A stretch of 64,000 nucleotides of DNA from Candidatus Latescibacterota bacterium (GCA_965237525.1 CBDEFO010000003.1:352001-416000), one strand, 5' to 3'. Numbered from the stretch's first letter, positions 11,139-22,962 are shown. Numbers and translations: made by a program. The notes: a model not told the origin generated them from the sequence alone.

Positions 11139-13167
11139 ATGCAACAACCTGCACGATATATCGCTTTAGGGCGGGCCGATTGTGGTCGCTTTGAGAGTGC
11201 CGTCGAGAAAGAATGGCTGGTCACCAATGGCCTGGGCGGGTTCGGGGCGGGCACCGTGAGCGGGGCTACCACCCGTCGCTACCACGGCCTGCTCGTGGCC
11301 GCCCTCCGCCCTCCCCTGGAACGGACTGTGTTAGTTGCCAAGATCGATGCGGTTGCTGAGTACAATGATAAGCCCTATCCCCTCTTCGTCAACGAGTTCG
11401 CCGACGGCACTATTGATCCGCACGGTTATCGGCACCTGGAAACGTTTCATCTGGAGGGCCTGATCCCGGTTTAGGTCTATGCTCTGGCCGATGCTCGCCT
11501 GGAGCAACGAGTCTGGATGGCCTACGGACACAATATAACCTACATCACTTACACCCTGACCAGGACTGCAAACCCTCTATCGTTGCGGCTGACTCCCCTC
11601 TGCACCTATCGTGACTACCACAGCCATCGTCACGGAGACTGGCATCTTGCGTATGATCCTGTGACCGGGGGCTTTGAAGTCAAGGCCTTTGATGGCGCTC
11701 GGCCTTATCGGGTCGTAGCCGACCGGGGTGAATTTTGCCCTACTGGAGATTGGTACTTTAACTTCAAGCACCGGCTTGAAAGCTACCGGAGACTGGATGA
11801 TACCGAAGACCTCTTCGCACCGGGTCATTTCAACGTGATCCTCAACCCTGGCGAGACACTCACCGTCGTTTGTTCGGCGGAGATAGTCGAGACCCAAGTC
11901 GGGCTCGAGGCACTGCAACAGGAGCGCCAGCGACAAGCCGCGCTATTGGCAGACACATCCGTCGACGAACCGGCTTGGATCAGCCACCTGGCGCTGGCCG
12001 CCGACCAGTTCATTGTGCAACGTGCACATGGAGACGAGAGCCCTTCAAGTGGCACTGAAGAAATGAAGACCGTGATCGCTGGTTATCCCTGGTTCGGCGA
12101 CTGGGGACGCGATACGATGATCGCGCTGCCGGGGCTGACCCTCTCCACGAAACGGCCCGAGGTCGCCGCCAGCATCCTGCGCACCTTCGCTGGGCACGTG
12201 AGCCAAGGGATGCTGCCCAACCGCTTCCCCGATACCGGCGAGCCACCGGAGTATAACACGGTTGATGCCACCCTCTGGTATTTCCACGCCATCCACCAGC
12301 ACTTGCTTCACACAGGTGACATAACCCTGGCCAGAGAACTCTATCCGACCCTGGCCGACATTATTGACTGGCACAGACGCGGCACTCGCTACAACATCCA
12401 CGTTGACCCCACCGATGGCCTGCTCTTTGCCGGTGAGCCGGGGGTACAGTTGACCTGGATGGATGCCAAAGTGGGCGATTGGGTGGTCACTCCCCGTATC
12501 GGCAAGCCGGTCGAGGTCAATGCCCTGTGGCACAACGCCCTGCGGGTGATGGCAGACCTGTCGGAGCGACTGCGCAAGTTGAAAGCAGCCAAGCAGTACC
12601 GCGAGCAGGCCGATCTGATGGCCAACATCTTTCGAAAGCGGTTCTGGTTTGAGGCGGGCAGGTACCTGTACGACGTCATTGATGGCCCGGAAGGAGCCCT
12701 TGGTCCCAATGGAAAACGGTACGACCGCAGCGTACGTCCCAACCAGATTTTCGCCGTCTCCCTGCCTTTCTCGTTGCTGAGCGACACCCAGGCCCAAGCC
12801 GTCGTCGACATCTGCGCCCGCCATCTCTTGACTTCTCACGGCTTACGCAGCTTGGCAGATGAAGACCCGGCCTACACCGGGCACTACCGGTGGTGGCTCC
12901 CTCCAACGCGACGGCGCCTATCACCAGGGCACCGTCTGGGGCTGGATTCTCGGCCCGTTCGTGGCCGCCCACTACCGGGTCTACGGCGACGTGACCCTTG
13001 CACAGTCCTTCTTATCCGGCTTGGAATACCACCTGTCCGACGCCTGTCTGGGCTCCATCAGCGAGATTTTCGACGGCGACCCTCCCCACACGGCGCGCGG
13101 ATGTTTCGCTCAGGGCTGGAGCGTGTCGGAGGTGCTGCGGGCCTGGAGAGAGTTACCTGATGCGTGA
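11139..13167 (+). pseudogene. amylo-alpha-1,6-glucosidase / glycogen debranching enzyme
   Basis: EWLVTNGLGG, RRYHGLL, IAGYPWFGDWGRD, LTWMDAK, YHQGTVW, GCFAQGWS; TAG at 11472-11474 and frameshift ~12890. Confidence 0.9.
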
Positions 13168-13232
13168 TACATAAGGATTATTCACACATCACGTTTCACG
13201 TGAAGCACTGGCTGAATACGGAGGAGTACACC

Positions 13233-15902
13233 ATGAAACATACCGCTGAACACAAACGGCTCGCCGCCCACCGAGAGCGCAAAGCCAACTGGAAGAAGTG
13301 GGGACCATACCTGAGCGAGCGGGCCTGGGGGACGGTGCGTGAAGATTACAGTGAGTATGGTACGGCTTGGGACTTCTTCCCCCACGACCACGCCCGAAGC
13401 AAAGCCTATCGCTGGAATGAAGATGGCCTGGCCGGTATCTGCGACCGCAATCAGTACCTTTGTTTTGCCCTGGCCCTCTGGAACGGGTGCGATCCGATCC
13501 TCAAGGAGCGGTTGTTCGGCCTGACCGGCCAGGAGGGCAACCACGGCGAGGATGTTAAGGAGTATTATTTCTATCTCGACAGTACGCCGACCCACAGCTA
13601 CATGAAAATGCTCTACAAGTATCCCCAGTCCGCCTTCCCCTATACCGATCTGGTCGCTGAGAACGGGCGGCGCGGCTTTCACGATTCCGAGTACGAACTA
13701 CTCGACACGGGGGTCTTCGCGGAAAACCGTTATTTCGACATATTCATCGAATATGCCAAGGCCGGCCAGGAGGACATCCTGATCAACATCACCGTCATCA
13801 ATCGCGGGCGGGAGGCGGCTGATTGCCGCGTTTTGCCGACGCTCTGGTTCCGCAACACCTGGAGCTGGGGCTACGAAGCCGGCCCCATGAACGACGTGTC
13901 AGGCAAACCCCGTCTACTGCGGATTGAGGGGCCCAAGGGTGTGTCCTCAGTCAAGGCCAGTCACCCAACCGCCGGGACTTACTATTTCTACGCCGAGGGT
14001 GAACCCGACCTCCTCTTCACCGACAACGAGACGAACGCCGAGCGGCTCTACGGTCTACCCAACGCCAGCCCCTACGTCAAAGACGCGTTTGGCAGCTATC
14101 TCATCGACGGTGAGGTAGCGGCGGTCAACTCCAACCGGAGAGGCACCAAAGTCGCGGCGCTGTACGGCGGCACTATTGCTCCCGGCGAGTCGCTAACCCT
14201 CCGCCTGCGCCTCTCAAATATTGCCCGCAAAGTGCCTTTCCAGAACTTCGATAAAGTATTCAAGCAGCGCAGGAACGAAGCGGACGAATTCTACGCCGCC
14301 GTTCAAAACCCAAATCTGGGCGAGGAAGAGAGACGGGTGCAGCGCCAGGCCCTGTCCGGCATGCTCTGGTCTAAGCAGCTTTATTACTACGACGTTGAAC
14401 AATGGCTCAACGGCGATCCGGGAACAGCGCCATCGCCAGCCTCTCGCCGGCACAGGCGCAACCACGACTGGGAGCATCTCACCAACTTCGATGTGATCTC
14501 TATGCCCGACAAGTGGGAGTATCCCTGGTACGCGACATGGGACCTGGCTTTTCATTGTATTTCCCTGGCGCTGGTTGATCCCGATTTTGCCAAGCGGCAA
14601 CTGGAATTGATGACCCGCGAGTGGTATATGCATCCCAACGGCCAGTTACCGGCTTATGAGTGGGCCTTCGGTGATGTCAATCCTCCGGTGCACGCGTGGG
14701 CCATCTGGCGGGTCTACAAAATCGAGGCCAAGCAGCAGGGACGCCCCGACCGCGACTTTCTGGAAAGCGTTTTCCACAAGCTGCTCCTGAACTTTACTTG
14801 GTGGGTGAACCGCAAAGACGAGGACGGCAGAAACATTTTCCAGGGCGGCTTTCTGGGCTTGGATAACATCGCTGTCTTTGACCGCAGCACCGCTCTGCCC
14901 ACCGGCGGGCACATCGACCAGTCGGACAGCACGGCCTGGATGGGGTCCTACTGCCTGACGATGTTGAAGATAGCCCTGGAATTGGCCCGGGAGAACCCCG
15001 TCTACCAGGACACGGCCACCAAGTTCTTCGAGCACTTTCTGCGCATCGCCCGCGCGATGACCAATTGCGGTGGGCAAGCGCATGGCCTGTGGGATGAGGA
15101 AGATGGCTTTTTCTACGATGCGCTCCACCTGCCGGACGGCAGCATCATTCCGCTGAAGGTTCGCTCATTGGTCGGCTTGCTGCCGCTCTTTGCGGTCGAG
15201 ACCATCGAGCCGGATATCCTGGAAACGATGCCTGATTTCAACCGGCGGTTGCACTGGTTTGCGGACAATCGTCCCCATCTGAGCGGCAATATGGCCAGCA
15301 TCGATGTGTCCGGCGTCGGCGAGCGACGACTGATGGCTATCTTAACCCGGGAGCAGTTGGTGCGGGTCTTACTCAGAATGCTCGACGAAAATGAGTTTCT
15401 CTCTGATTATGGCATTCGGTCTGTCTCAAAATATCACCATGCCCACCCCTACAGTTTCTACGTCGATGGTGAGGCCCATACGGTGAGCTACCAACCGGCC
15501 GAGTCTGAGAGCGGACTTTTCGGCGGCAACTCAAACTGGCGTGGCCCGATCTGGTTCCCGATCAACTACCTGATAATAGAATCCCTGCAAAAATTCCATC
15601 ACTACTACGGTGACGACCTGAAGGTCGAGTGTCCCACAGGGTCTGGAGAGATGATGACCCTGGGCGAGGTTGCCTCGGAGCTATCCAAACGACTGATGCG
15701 ACTCTTCCTCTGCAATGACGCGGGGGAGCGGCCCATTTACGGCGGCCAGCGCATTTTCCAGGAAGACCCCCATTGGCACGATCTTATCCTTTTCAACGAG
15801 TACTTCCACGGAGACAACGGCGCGGGCTTAGGCGCCAGCCACCAGACCGGCTGGACGGTCCTGGTAGCCAAGCTAATCCAACAATCAGGGGGATGGGGAT
15901 GA
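13233..15902 (+). CDS. GH63/MGH1-like glucosidase
   Basis: [57 protein letters not shown] before ATG 13233. Confidence 0.9.
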   Translation: MKHTAEHKRLAAHRERKANWKKWGPYLSERAWGTVREDYSEYGTAWDFFPHDHARSKAYRWNEDGLAGICDRNQYLCFALALWNGCDPILKERLFGLTGQEGNHGEDVKEYYFYLDSTPTHSYMKMLYKYPQSAFPYTDLVAENGRRGFHDSEYELLDTGVFAENRYFDIFIEYAKAGQEDILINITVINRGREAADCRVLPTLWFRNTWSWGYEAGPMNDVSGKPRLLRIEGPKGVSSVKASHPTAGTYYFYAEGEPDLLFTDNETNAERLYGLPNASPYVKDAFGSYLIDGEVAAVNSNRRGTKVAALYGGTIAPGESLTLRLRLSNIARKVPFQNFDKVFKQRRNEADEFYAAVQNPNLGEEERRVQRQALSGMLWSKQLYYYDVEQWLNGDPGTAPSPASRRHRRNHDWEHLTNFDVISMPDKWEYPWYATWDLAFHCISLALVDPDFAKRQLELMTREWYMHPNGQLPAYEWAFGDVNPPVHAWAIWRVYKIEAKQQGRPDRDFLESVFHKLLLNFTWWVNRKDEDGRNIFQGGFLGLDNIAVFDRSTALPTGGHIDQSDSTAWMGSYCLTMLKIALELARENPVYQDTATKFFEHFLRIARAMTNCGGQAHGLWDEEDGFFYDALHLPDGSIIPLKVRSLVGLLPLFAVETIEPDILETMPDFNRRLHWFADNRPHLSGNMASIDVSGVGERRLMAILTREQLVRVLLRMLDENEFLSDYGIRSVSKYHHAHPYSFYVDGEAHTVSYQPAESESGLFGGNSNWRGPIWFPINYLIIESLQKFHHYYGDDLKVECPTGSGEMMTLGEVASELSKRLMRLFLCNDAGERPIYGGQRIFQEDPHWHDLILFNEYFHGDNGAGLGASHQTGWTVLVAKLIQQSGGWG

Positions 15903-16029
15903 CGGCAGGTGTTGTGGGTGCCTCGCGTCAGATCGACTGAACGGGTCTGGCGGCGAAATTGTTACGGCCTTGGGGATAAGAGCGATCAAAAGGGCGTCCA
16001 GAGATCGAACGACAAAAGGAGAACAGAAC

Positions 16030-16891
16030 ATGAGTACTTCCCAACGGGAGAAGAACCTCCCAGACGTTGTGATGCCGGCGTGCTCTATCGAAAAGATCCT
16101 GAAGGGACAAAAAGCCCTGGTAACCGGTGCCAGCTCGGGCATCGGAAAGGGGGTTGCCATTGCCCTGGGACAGGTAGGGGCGGACGTGGTCGTGAACTAT
16201 GTCTCAGGCGAAGCGGCCGCACTGGAAGTCGTAGATGAGATTAGACGCTGTGGAGTGTCAGGCCTACGTACACCAGGCGGAAGTTTCCCAGGAAGATCAG
16301 GTTCAGGCCATGTTTCAGCACATGTTCCAGAAGTTTGGTACGATCGACATTCTGATCAATAACGCAGGACTGCAGCAGGATGGGCCCTTTGAAGACATGA
16401 CACTGGCGCAATGGAACGTGGTGATCAACGTCAAACTGACCGGTCAATTCCTCTGTGCCCGGGAAGCGGTACGTGAATTTAAGCGCCGGGGTGTGGTGGT
16501 GGTGGTTTCCTGCGCAACGGGCAAGATCATCTGCATTAGTTCCGTTCATGAATTGATTCCCTGGGCCGGCCATGTGAATTACGCCGCTTCCAAGAGCGGT
16601 GTGATCCTGATGATGAAAAGCATAGCACAGGAAGTGGCACCCTATCGCATCCGGGTCAAGAGCATTTCACCGGGAGCGATTCGTACCCCGATTAATACGG
16701 ACGTCTGGAGCACGTCCGAGGCGTACAACGAGCTTATGGAATTGGTACTGTACAACCGGATTGGCGAGGTGGATGACATCGGGCGGACAGCTGTCTGGCT
16801 CGCGTCCGACCACGCTGACTATGTGACGGGCATCAGCCTGTTTGTGGATGGCGGCATGACCCTGTACCCTGGTTTTGAAACAGGAGGTTAA
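16030..16891 (+). pseudogene. glucose 1-dehydrogenase-like SDR, frameshift ~16260
   Basis: TGASSGIG in one frame; NNAG, YAASK, DGGMTLYPGF in the next. Confidence 0.85.
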
Positions 16892-17101
16892 CGTTTCCCG
16901 GAGGGTCTACTGCCGTGCGGTGGACAGTGCAGCCGTTAGGTGCGTGACAAAGCGTGATCGCATTTACTTTTTATTGTTTCGTGTAATCAAAACTGTAGTG
17001 CTCCCCTGGAAGGCGACATCAATTGAGCACCCTGAGGCAGCAGATAAGATTTTCTTTCCCATTCTTGTGGAGTTCTGCATCCTTGATAGATTCAATCGGG
17101 G

Positions 17102-17513
17102 ACAATAACCTTACCTTCGGCACCCCAACCTGGCTTACCTGGTCTCTTGCCACCGAACATAGTCTCATCTCTCCGGATAGGAACCTCAACTCCTCCAGAG
17201 AGCTTTGATAGACAGCGAGACGTACCATATGGTAGAAATGTTCAAGAGTATGTAGATGTACTGGAACTCGGAACCTTAATCGGTAAGCTGGAACCGCAAG
17301 ACAAAAAAACTCAAGAAACCTCCCCTTCCAATAGGGAGAAATCTTGCTCCTAGACCAGTAAGTATTGGCTCGGAAACGGTAGCTTCTTCGGCATCGTTCA
17401 CAACGATATCGACCATCCGACAGTTTCCAAAATTTGGTGCACCTAAAGTAGATACATTTTGGCACACCTTAATATGCAGTCATAATGAACTCTTCGCAAT
17501 ATATAAAGTTGCC
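17102..17513 (-). mobile_element. IS1595-family remnant, 3'-truncated
   Basis: N-terminal Zn-ribbon (C..C, RCERC), then DETMFGGKRPGKPGWGAEGKVIV after a frameshift; probable left end GGCAACTTTATA ~17513; breaks at a family-A palindrome. Confidence 0.8.
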
Positions 17514-17770
17514 TAATGTTGTAGCATTACCTTTAATAATAATGACAACTTTTGTCACAGTCCATACAACACTGCGTTATTTTCCTGATAAGTAATTCTA
17601 CGGGGAATCTGATGGATTAGGTAGCTACGTAAGGTGTCGATAAATTAGGTGTGAACATGCAAAATAAAATAGTGGATGTCAATAGAAATTGCGAAGGACC
17701 AGAGCATTATGTTTTCACTCTGGAAGTGAGAAAGCCTAGATTAGTCTGGATACGTTACTTAGCGGTTATT

Positions 17771-19058
17771 TATCAAATGAAATCGGTGCACTTCTCTTTC
17801 GATCTTTGATTGATCTTGAATGATAGGTTTTCGACAATCTTTGGTTTCTGTTCTTTTTCAAAATGGATGTATAATTGTTCTTCTTTTAGGTTCCATTCAG
17901 CCAGGACAAAGTAGTTGGTGTAAGAGGAGGGAAGAGATACTTTCTCATTTAGGACATCGATAAAGGCTTTATCTGTCTGTTCTGTGTCCTGTTTGACTTG
18001 TCTGATAAAATAGGTCTTGGGAATGAAATCTTTCTCGTTTGACTTCTCTTGCTTAGGTGGACGGTAGCCGGTGTATCTCTGTGATGAAAGATTAAACCAT
18101 TCTAACTTCTGATCAACTTCTTGTAAGCTTTTGAACTGAATTCTGTTCCAGAACTTCCTTGAAAATACAGAATTGTTGCCTTCTATAGATGCTTGAGAAA
18201 AGGGCCTTCTGGGAACGGCAAATATCGGAATCACTTGATTTTTCAAGAGAAACTGCATTGCTTTGCTGACATTCCTTTTACCTGAAACACTGCCAATAGT
18301 CGCCGAGCAATTGTCCACCTTAACGAAATCTGGTTTTTCAAACCTGTCAAAGAAAGACTGACACTTCTCGATAAAGTTAGTTGCTGTTTGACCGTCAACC
18401 CGCCGAAAATACCTTAACTTAGGCTCTTTCTTAAAGGAAAATCCAACGAAGTTGACCGGCTCAGTTCTGCCGGTAAGATACTTTTTACCAATAAAGTCTG
18501 ATTCTAGGACTCTGCCTCCTGAAAGATAGTAAATGGTATACTCTGGATAACAAAGATAACGAGATGCACCCTTGTTTTTACCTTTCTTCCTTCTCTGGGA
18601 AAGTCCTAAATCTGAAAGCATTCTGCCGATAGTCGGCAACGACGGAGGAGGGGTGCTAGAATATCGATTCCTCCATTCTTGTTCAATAACAGTGGCTCCT
18701 GAATAGAACTGATAAGGATCGTCCTCTAAGCTATGGTAAATCTCTTTGATTCTCTGTTCGTCAACTTTAGCCAATTTTCGCCTTTTTCCTTTTGGCCAAC
18801 CCCGATTATCCATGGCAAAATCCTGATCCAGAGATTTAGTCCAAGCCGTAACGAAATCATTGGAAACTCTCGCTTGTTTGATAACTTCTCGCTTTGACAT
18901 TTCTTTCTTAAAATACATCTCGTTGACTTCTTGTCTTAATACGGCCAATCTCTCTTTGTCCATAGGACTCCGTAGATTAAAGTTAAGACAATCAACTCAA
19001 CTTAATCTACTAATACTCTAAACAAAGATCAAATTAGGTGCACCGATTTCATTTGATA
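17771..19058 (-). mobile_element. 1288-bp insertion sequence with perfect 21-bp terminal inverted repeats, family unassigned
   Basis: TATCAAATGAAATCGGTGCAC (17771-17791) and its exact reverse complement (19038-19058) enclose one ORF. Confidence 0.85.
17773..18963 (-). CDS. DDE/integrase-core (rve, IS481-like) transposase
   Basis: 396 aa; N-terminal HTH-like region; candidate triad ESDF / KVDN / ASIEG; stop codon lies inside the IR. Confidence 0.75.
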   Translation of the reverse strand: MDKERLAVLRQEVNEMYFKKEMSKREVIKQARVSNDFVTAWTKSLDQDFAMDNRGWPKGKRRKLAKVDEQRIKEIYHSLEDDPYQFYSGATVIEQEWRNRYSSTPPPSLPTIGRMLSDLGLSQRRKKGKNKGASRYLCYPEYTIYYLSGGRVLESDFIGKKYLTGRTEPVNFVGFSFKKEPKLRYFRRVDGQTATNFIEKCQSFFDRFEKPDFVKVDNCSATIGSVSGKRNVSKAMQFLLKNQVIPIFAVPRRPFSQASIEGNNSVFSRKFWNRIQFKSLQEVDQKLEWFNLSSQRYTGYRPPKQEKSNEKDFIPKTYFIRQVKQDTEQTDKAFIDVLNEKVSLPSSYTNYFVLAEWNLKEEQLYIHFEKEQKPKIVENLSFKINQRSKEKCTDFI

Positions 19059-19759
19059 TTCAACCAGTAGATACTAATCATGGAGTTATTAGTCACATCA
19101 CCCTTATCGAGAAGCCAAACTATTACTCCCATAACAAATAGGCCTGTGATCTGAATACAAAACGCCAGCCACAACCTATCTTTTGTCATCTGAGTCCCCC
19201 TAAATTTTGTATTACTCCAGAATTAGAGATGGTTGATTGAAAGTGTAAGGAAGCAACAGCGGTTGCGCACAAGTAATATAACTGTTATTTCTTTGACTGA
19301 TTACAAATTAGGATCAAGGAGGTGAGCGATAACGAACCCATATTACTCCAACAGATAATGGGAGGTCTCCTCTATCTTAAGCAAGCGACTTCAGTCGAGT
19401 CAAAAATTGGTGGAAACTTTACCTTTACCTGAAAAGACGCACAAGGTGATGCTAACCGATCGAGGATTGACCTCTATCAAGTTGAACAATCTCCACAACC
19501 AATGTGAAAGACTTGCTTAACTTGTCTGACTCCGTGCTGCGAGAAATGATTTACGTCATTTTAATCTCACCCTCTCATACCCCTAATTTATAAAATATCT
19601 GTCTCTTTGTCAAGCGGAATGTCCTTAGATTAGTTGAAATAGAGAAGGCTCCGAGGTTAAATCAGATATGAAATCGAAGTTAGCATAAAAACATCCATAT
19701 CTTTAACTCAAGGACTCACAATGAGAAAAGCAAGTTCAAACTCCTCGAAAGTCAAGTCT

Positions 19760-20130
19760 GTTTAAGAGGAACCGTAGGCAGAGTCGGGCCCGCCGCCGAA
19801 TCTGCCGGTCGGGTCTTCCCCATGGAAATCCACATGGACAACGTGGGTGGACAGGTTCGCCCGGGGATGATCGGAAGGCTCAAAGCGGTGCGCCGCATCT
19901 ATCGGGAGGAGGTGGTCATCCCCAGAGAGGTGGTTCTGGAGAGGGAGGAAGCTCCGGCAGTCTTCGTGGTGAACGATGACGTCTCTCACTGAGACATGTG
20001 AAATTAGGGGCAGCAGAGGGCGCCCGCGTGATCGTGGAGAACGGGCTGGATTTCGAAGATCAGATCGTGGTGAAGGGAGGACGGTATCTCATCGACGGCG
20101 ACAGGGTGAAGGTGATGGAGGTCATAGGAA
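19760..20130 (+). pseudogene. RND membrane-fusion protein C-terminal remnant
   Basis: Broken frames giving PGM, VVIPREVV, VFVV, GLDFEDQIVV, DGDRVKV directly before an RND permease gene. Confidence 0.55.
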
Positions 20131-20131
20131 A

Positions 20132-20923
20132 ATGAGGATAACCGACTACGCCATCCGCCACCGGGTCACGGTCTACGTGCTTGCGATCATATTTATCCTC
20201 TTCGGGGGTTACTCGTACTGGTCGCTTCCGAGGGAGGCTGCGCCGGACATCACCATCCCCTTTATTATAGTCAGCACACTCTACATCGGCGCGCCTCCGC
20301 AGGACGTGGAAAACCTCGTCACACGTCCTATCGAAAAGGAACTGCAGGGACTGGAGAACGTGAAGGAGATCAGATCCACCTCAGCGGAGGGCGGATGCAC
20401 CATCTCCATCGAATTCAATCCGAACGTAGATATAGACGACGCCCTGCAGAAGGTCAAGGATAAGGTGGATCTGGCTAAACCCGAGTTCCCCGAGGATACT
20501 GAGGATCCGATCGTGATGGAGATCAACTTCTCCAATATCCCGATGATGATCGTCAATTTGGCGGGGGACTACGGACTGATCCGCCTGAAGGAGATCGCCG
20601 AGGATCTGCAGGACGACATCGAGACGATCCCGGGGATACTGGAGGCGCGTATAGCCGGAGGATTGGAGCGGGAAGTCAAGGTCGATGTGGATCCGGATCG
20701 ACTGACGGCGATCACGACCATTTTGGGCCCTATCCCCCTTTCGACCGGCATCAGCTTCGACTTCTTCACGTTCGGCTGGGAGATCGGAGGCAGAAGCAGT
20801 CAGTGGTGGGGACCGATGGGCGTAGCCGTGATCTTCGGGCTTGCCTTCGCAACGGCACTGACTCTGATAGTGGTGCCGGTGATTGTCAGTTTGATCTGGA
20901 AAATAACCGGAATAGATAAATAG
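20132..20923 (+). pseudogene. AcrB/AcrD/AcrF-family RND permease with a large in-frame internal deletion
   Basis: RND N-terminus (LPREAAPDI, VENLVTRPIE, EREVKVDVDPDRL) joined directly to the RND C-terminus (TAITTILG..P, WGPMGVAVIFGL..AT.LTLIVVP). Confidence 0.85.
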
Positions 20924-21192
20924 ACAACAGACAGTGACAGGGTACATCCCAACTCCATTGAGATTGCTTCGCCCACATCGTGGCTCTACTGCCTATCCTT
21001 ATTACTCCCTGACAAAGCGCCTACGGCGCCTCGCCATGACATTGCTTTTCTCACCTGCGGTCGGCACCAAGATATCTTTTAGTCATTGCGAGGGGACTTG
21101 CCCTGAAGCAATCTCGGAGGATGGGATGCAGTGCCCCCTCTCTACCCCCGATCCCCAATAGATTCAATCGGGGGCTACTGTATGCTGTCTAC
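20918..21192. repeat. composite nested palindromic intergenic element
   Basis: TAGACA..GACAG at the left and CTGTCTACT at the right enclose GAGATTGCTTC..CTCGCCATGAC, GTCATTGCGAG..GAAGCAATCTC and a family-A palindrome. Confidence 0.8.
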
Positions 21193-22452
21193 TCCTTTTT
21201 GTCCTATATCCTTCCTGTAATGCATCCCATCGAAGTGTATCTTCTCCATAGCCTCGTAAGCCACTGAGATCGTATCGTTGAGGTCATATCCTAAGGCAGT
21301 CACCCCGAGTACCCTACCGCCGCTGGTGACTACTTTGCCGTCTTTTAAGGTCGTTCCGGCGTGGAAGACAAGCACATCTTCGAGTCTCTCTGCCAAATCG
21401 AGTCCGCTGATGGGCACTCCGACTTCGTAGTCTCCGGGATAACCTTCCGACGCCGCTACGACGCACACCGCGGCTTTATCGGAGTTTTTGAAGGCAGCAT
21501 CTTTAAGATCGTCGTCTATCACGGCTTCGATGACCTCTACTAAGTCGTTCTCGATAAGCGGAAGCGTGACCTGCGCCTCCGGGTCGCCGAACCTGCTGTT
21601 GAACTCAATGACCTTCGGGCCGTCGTCCGTGACGATAAGACCTCCGTAGAGGACGCCTTTATACTCTCTCCCCTCCTCCCTGAGACCCTCTATAGTAGGG
21701 CGCATTATCGTGTCAACTATCTGGATAATGATCTCATCAGTCACCAAAGCCGCGGGGGCGTAGGCCCCCATCCCACCTGTGTTCGGCCCTTCATCGTTAT
21801 CGAACGCCCTCTTATGATCCTGAGATGAGACGAGAAGCGCCATGTCGCTCCCGTCCGTTATGGCGAATATGGACGTCTCCTCACCTTCCAGATATTCCTC
21901 TATTACTACACTATCGCCTGCCCCCCCGAATACCCTCTCCTTCATTATGGAATACAGAGCCTTTTCGGCTTCGTCCTCACTCATCGCGACGATAACACCC
22001 TTTCCTTTAGCCAGACCCGACGCCTTTACGACTATAGGAGCTCCCACGTCTTTGAGGTATCCTGAAGCCTCGTCGTAGTCCGTAAAGATCCGATATTGAG
22101 CGGTCGGGATGCCGTGCCTTGCCATAAAGTCCTTGGCGAAGGCCTTGCTCCACTCGATCTGGGAGGCGGCCTTTGTGGGTCCGAATATCCGCTGTCCACT
22201 CTCCTGGAAACGGTCAACTATCCCCATAGCGAGGGGATCGTCAGGACCCACGACAGTTATATCTATCTCTTCTTTGATGGCTAATGCCAGAAGTCCCTCT
22301 ATGTCCTCCGCCTTTATGGGGACGCACTGGGCAATACCATCTATTCCGGCGTTTCCGGGGGCGGCGAATATCTTCTTGACGTTGGGACTTTGAGCCATCT
22401 TCCAGACGAGCGTATGTTCCCGCCCTCCGCTTCCTATGACTAATATCTTAAT
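21175..22452 (-). CDS. purD: phosphoribosylamine--glycine ligase
   Basis: IGSGGREH, KASGLAKGKGV, QDHKR, GPNTGGMG, EFNSRFGDPE, TSGGRV; the first codon is ATT. Confidence 0.95.
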   Translation of the reverse strand: MKILVIGSGGREHTLVWKMAQSPNVKKIFAAPGNAGIDGIAQCVPIKAEDIEGLLALAIKEEIDITVVGPDDPLAMGIVDRFQESGQRIFGPTKAASQIEWSKAFAKDFMARHGIPTAQYRIFTDYDEASGYLKDVGAPIVVKASGLAKGKGVIVAMSEDEAEKALYSIMKERVFGGAGDSVVIEEYLEGEETSIFAITDGSDMALLVSSQDHKRAFDNDEGPNTGGMGAYAPAALVTDEIIIQIVDTIMRPTIEGLREEGREYKGVLYGGLIVTDDGPKVIEFNSRFGDPEAQVTLPLIENDLVEVIEAVIDDDLKDAAFKNSDKAAVCVVAASEGYPGDYEVGVPISGLDLAERLEDVLVFHAGTTLKDGKVVTSGGRVLGVTALGYDLNDTISVAYEAMEKIHFDGMHYRKDIGQKGVDSIQ

Positions 22453-22489
22453 TTAACACCTCGCGAAAGTCACATCTGTGTGGATTGTC

Positions 22490-22556
22490 AGGGCAGACAC
22501 GCGGGTCTGCCCCTACTGACAAAATCTATGTAGGGGCGAACCCATGTGTTCGCCCT
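22490..22556. repeat. GTAG-type REP doublet (family C)
   Basis: GGGCAGACACGCGGGTCTGCCCCTAC / GTAGGGGCGAACCCATGTGTTCGCCC; related copies at ~27360-27500, 35697-35766 and 57720-57741. Confidence 0.8.
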
Positions 22557-22962
22557 CCTTATCGCCAATATCCGAACTCTCTCAGATCTGAATCCTTATT
22601 TCTCCAATCTTTTCTGACCTTGACCCACAGGTCTAAATATACGGGTGTTTGGAGGAAATCCTCTATTTTGACTCTGGACGCCCTGCCTATGGATTTGAGC
22701 GACCTCCCCTTTGCACCTATGACGATGCCCTTTTGAGATTCTCTCTCCACAAATATATTGGCGCTGATGTAGGTCTTTTCTCCTCTCTTCGTGAATTCCT
22801 CTACAAGCACAGCTGTCGAGTACGGGATCTCCTCTCTCAACCGGTCGAACACCTCCTCCCGTATCAACTCCGAGACGAAGAACCTTTCAGGTTGTTCAGC
22901 GATCACGTCCTCCGGATAGAGACGAGGACCAGAAGGGAGATATTTTTCGAGCAGGACTCTAA

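Noticed and set aside
2188..16573. Many long antisense and alternate-frame ORFs
   Set aside because: Shadows of GC-rich coding genes with no recognisable motifs.
16895..16945. attC-like CACCTAAC end on the minus strand
   Set aside because: Only one core site; no paired arm or integron integrase.
19121..19351. Three TATTACTCC 9-mers
   Set aside because: Short, irregularly spaced, in AT-rich DNA; one lies in a small ORF.
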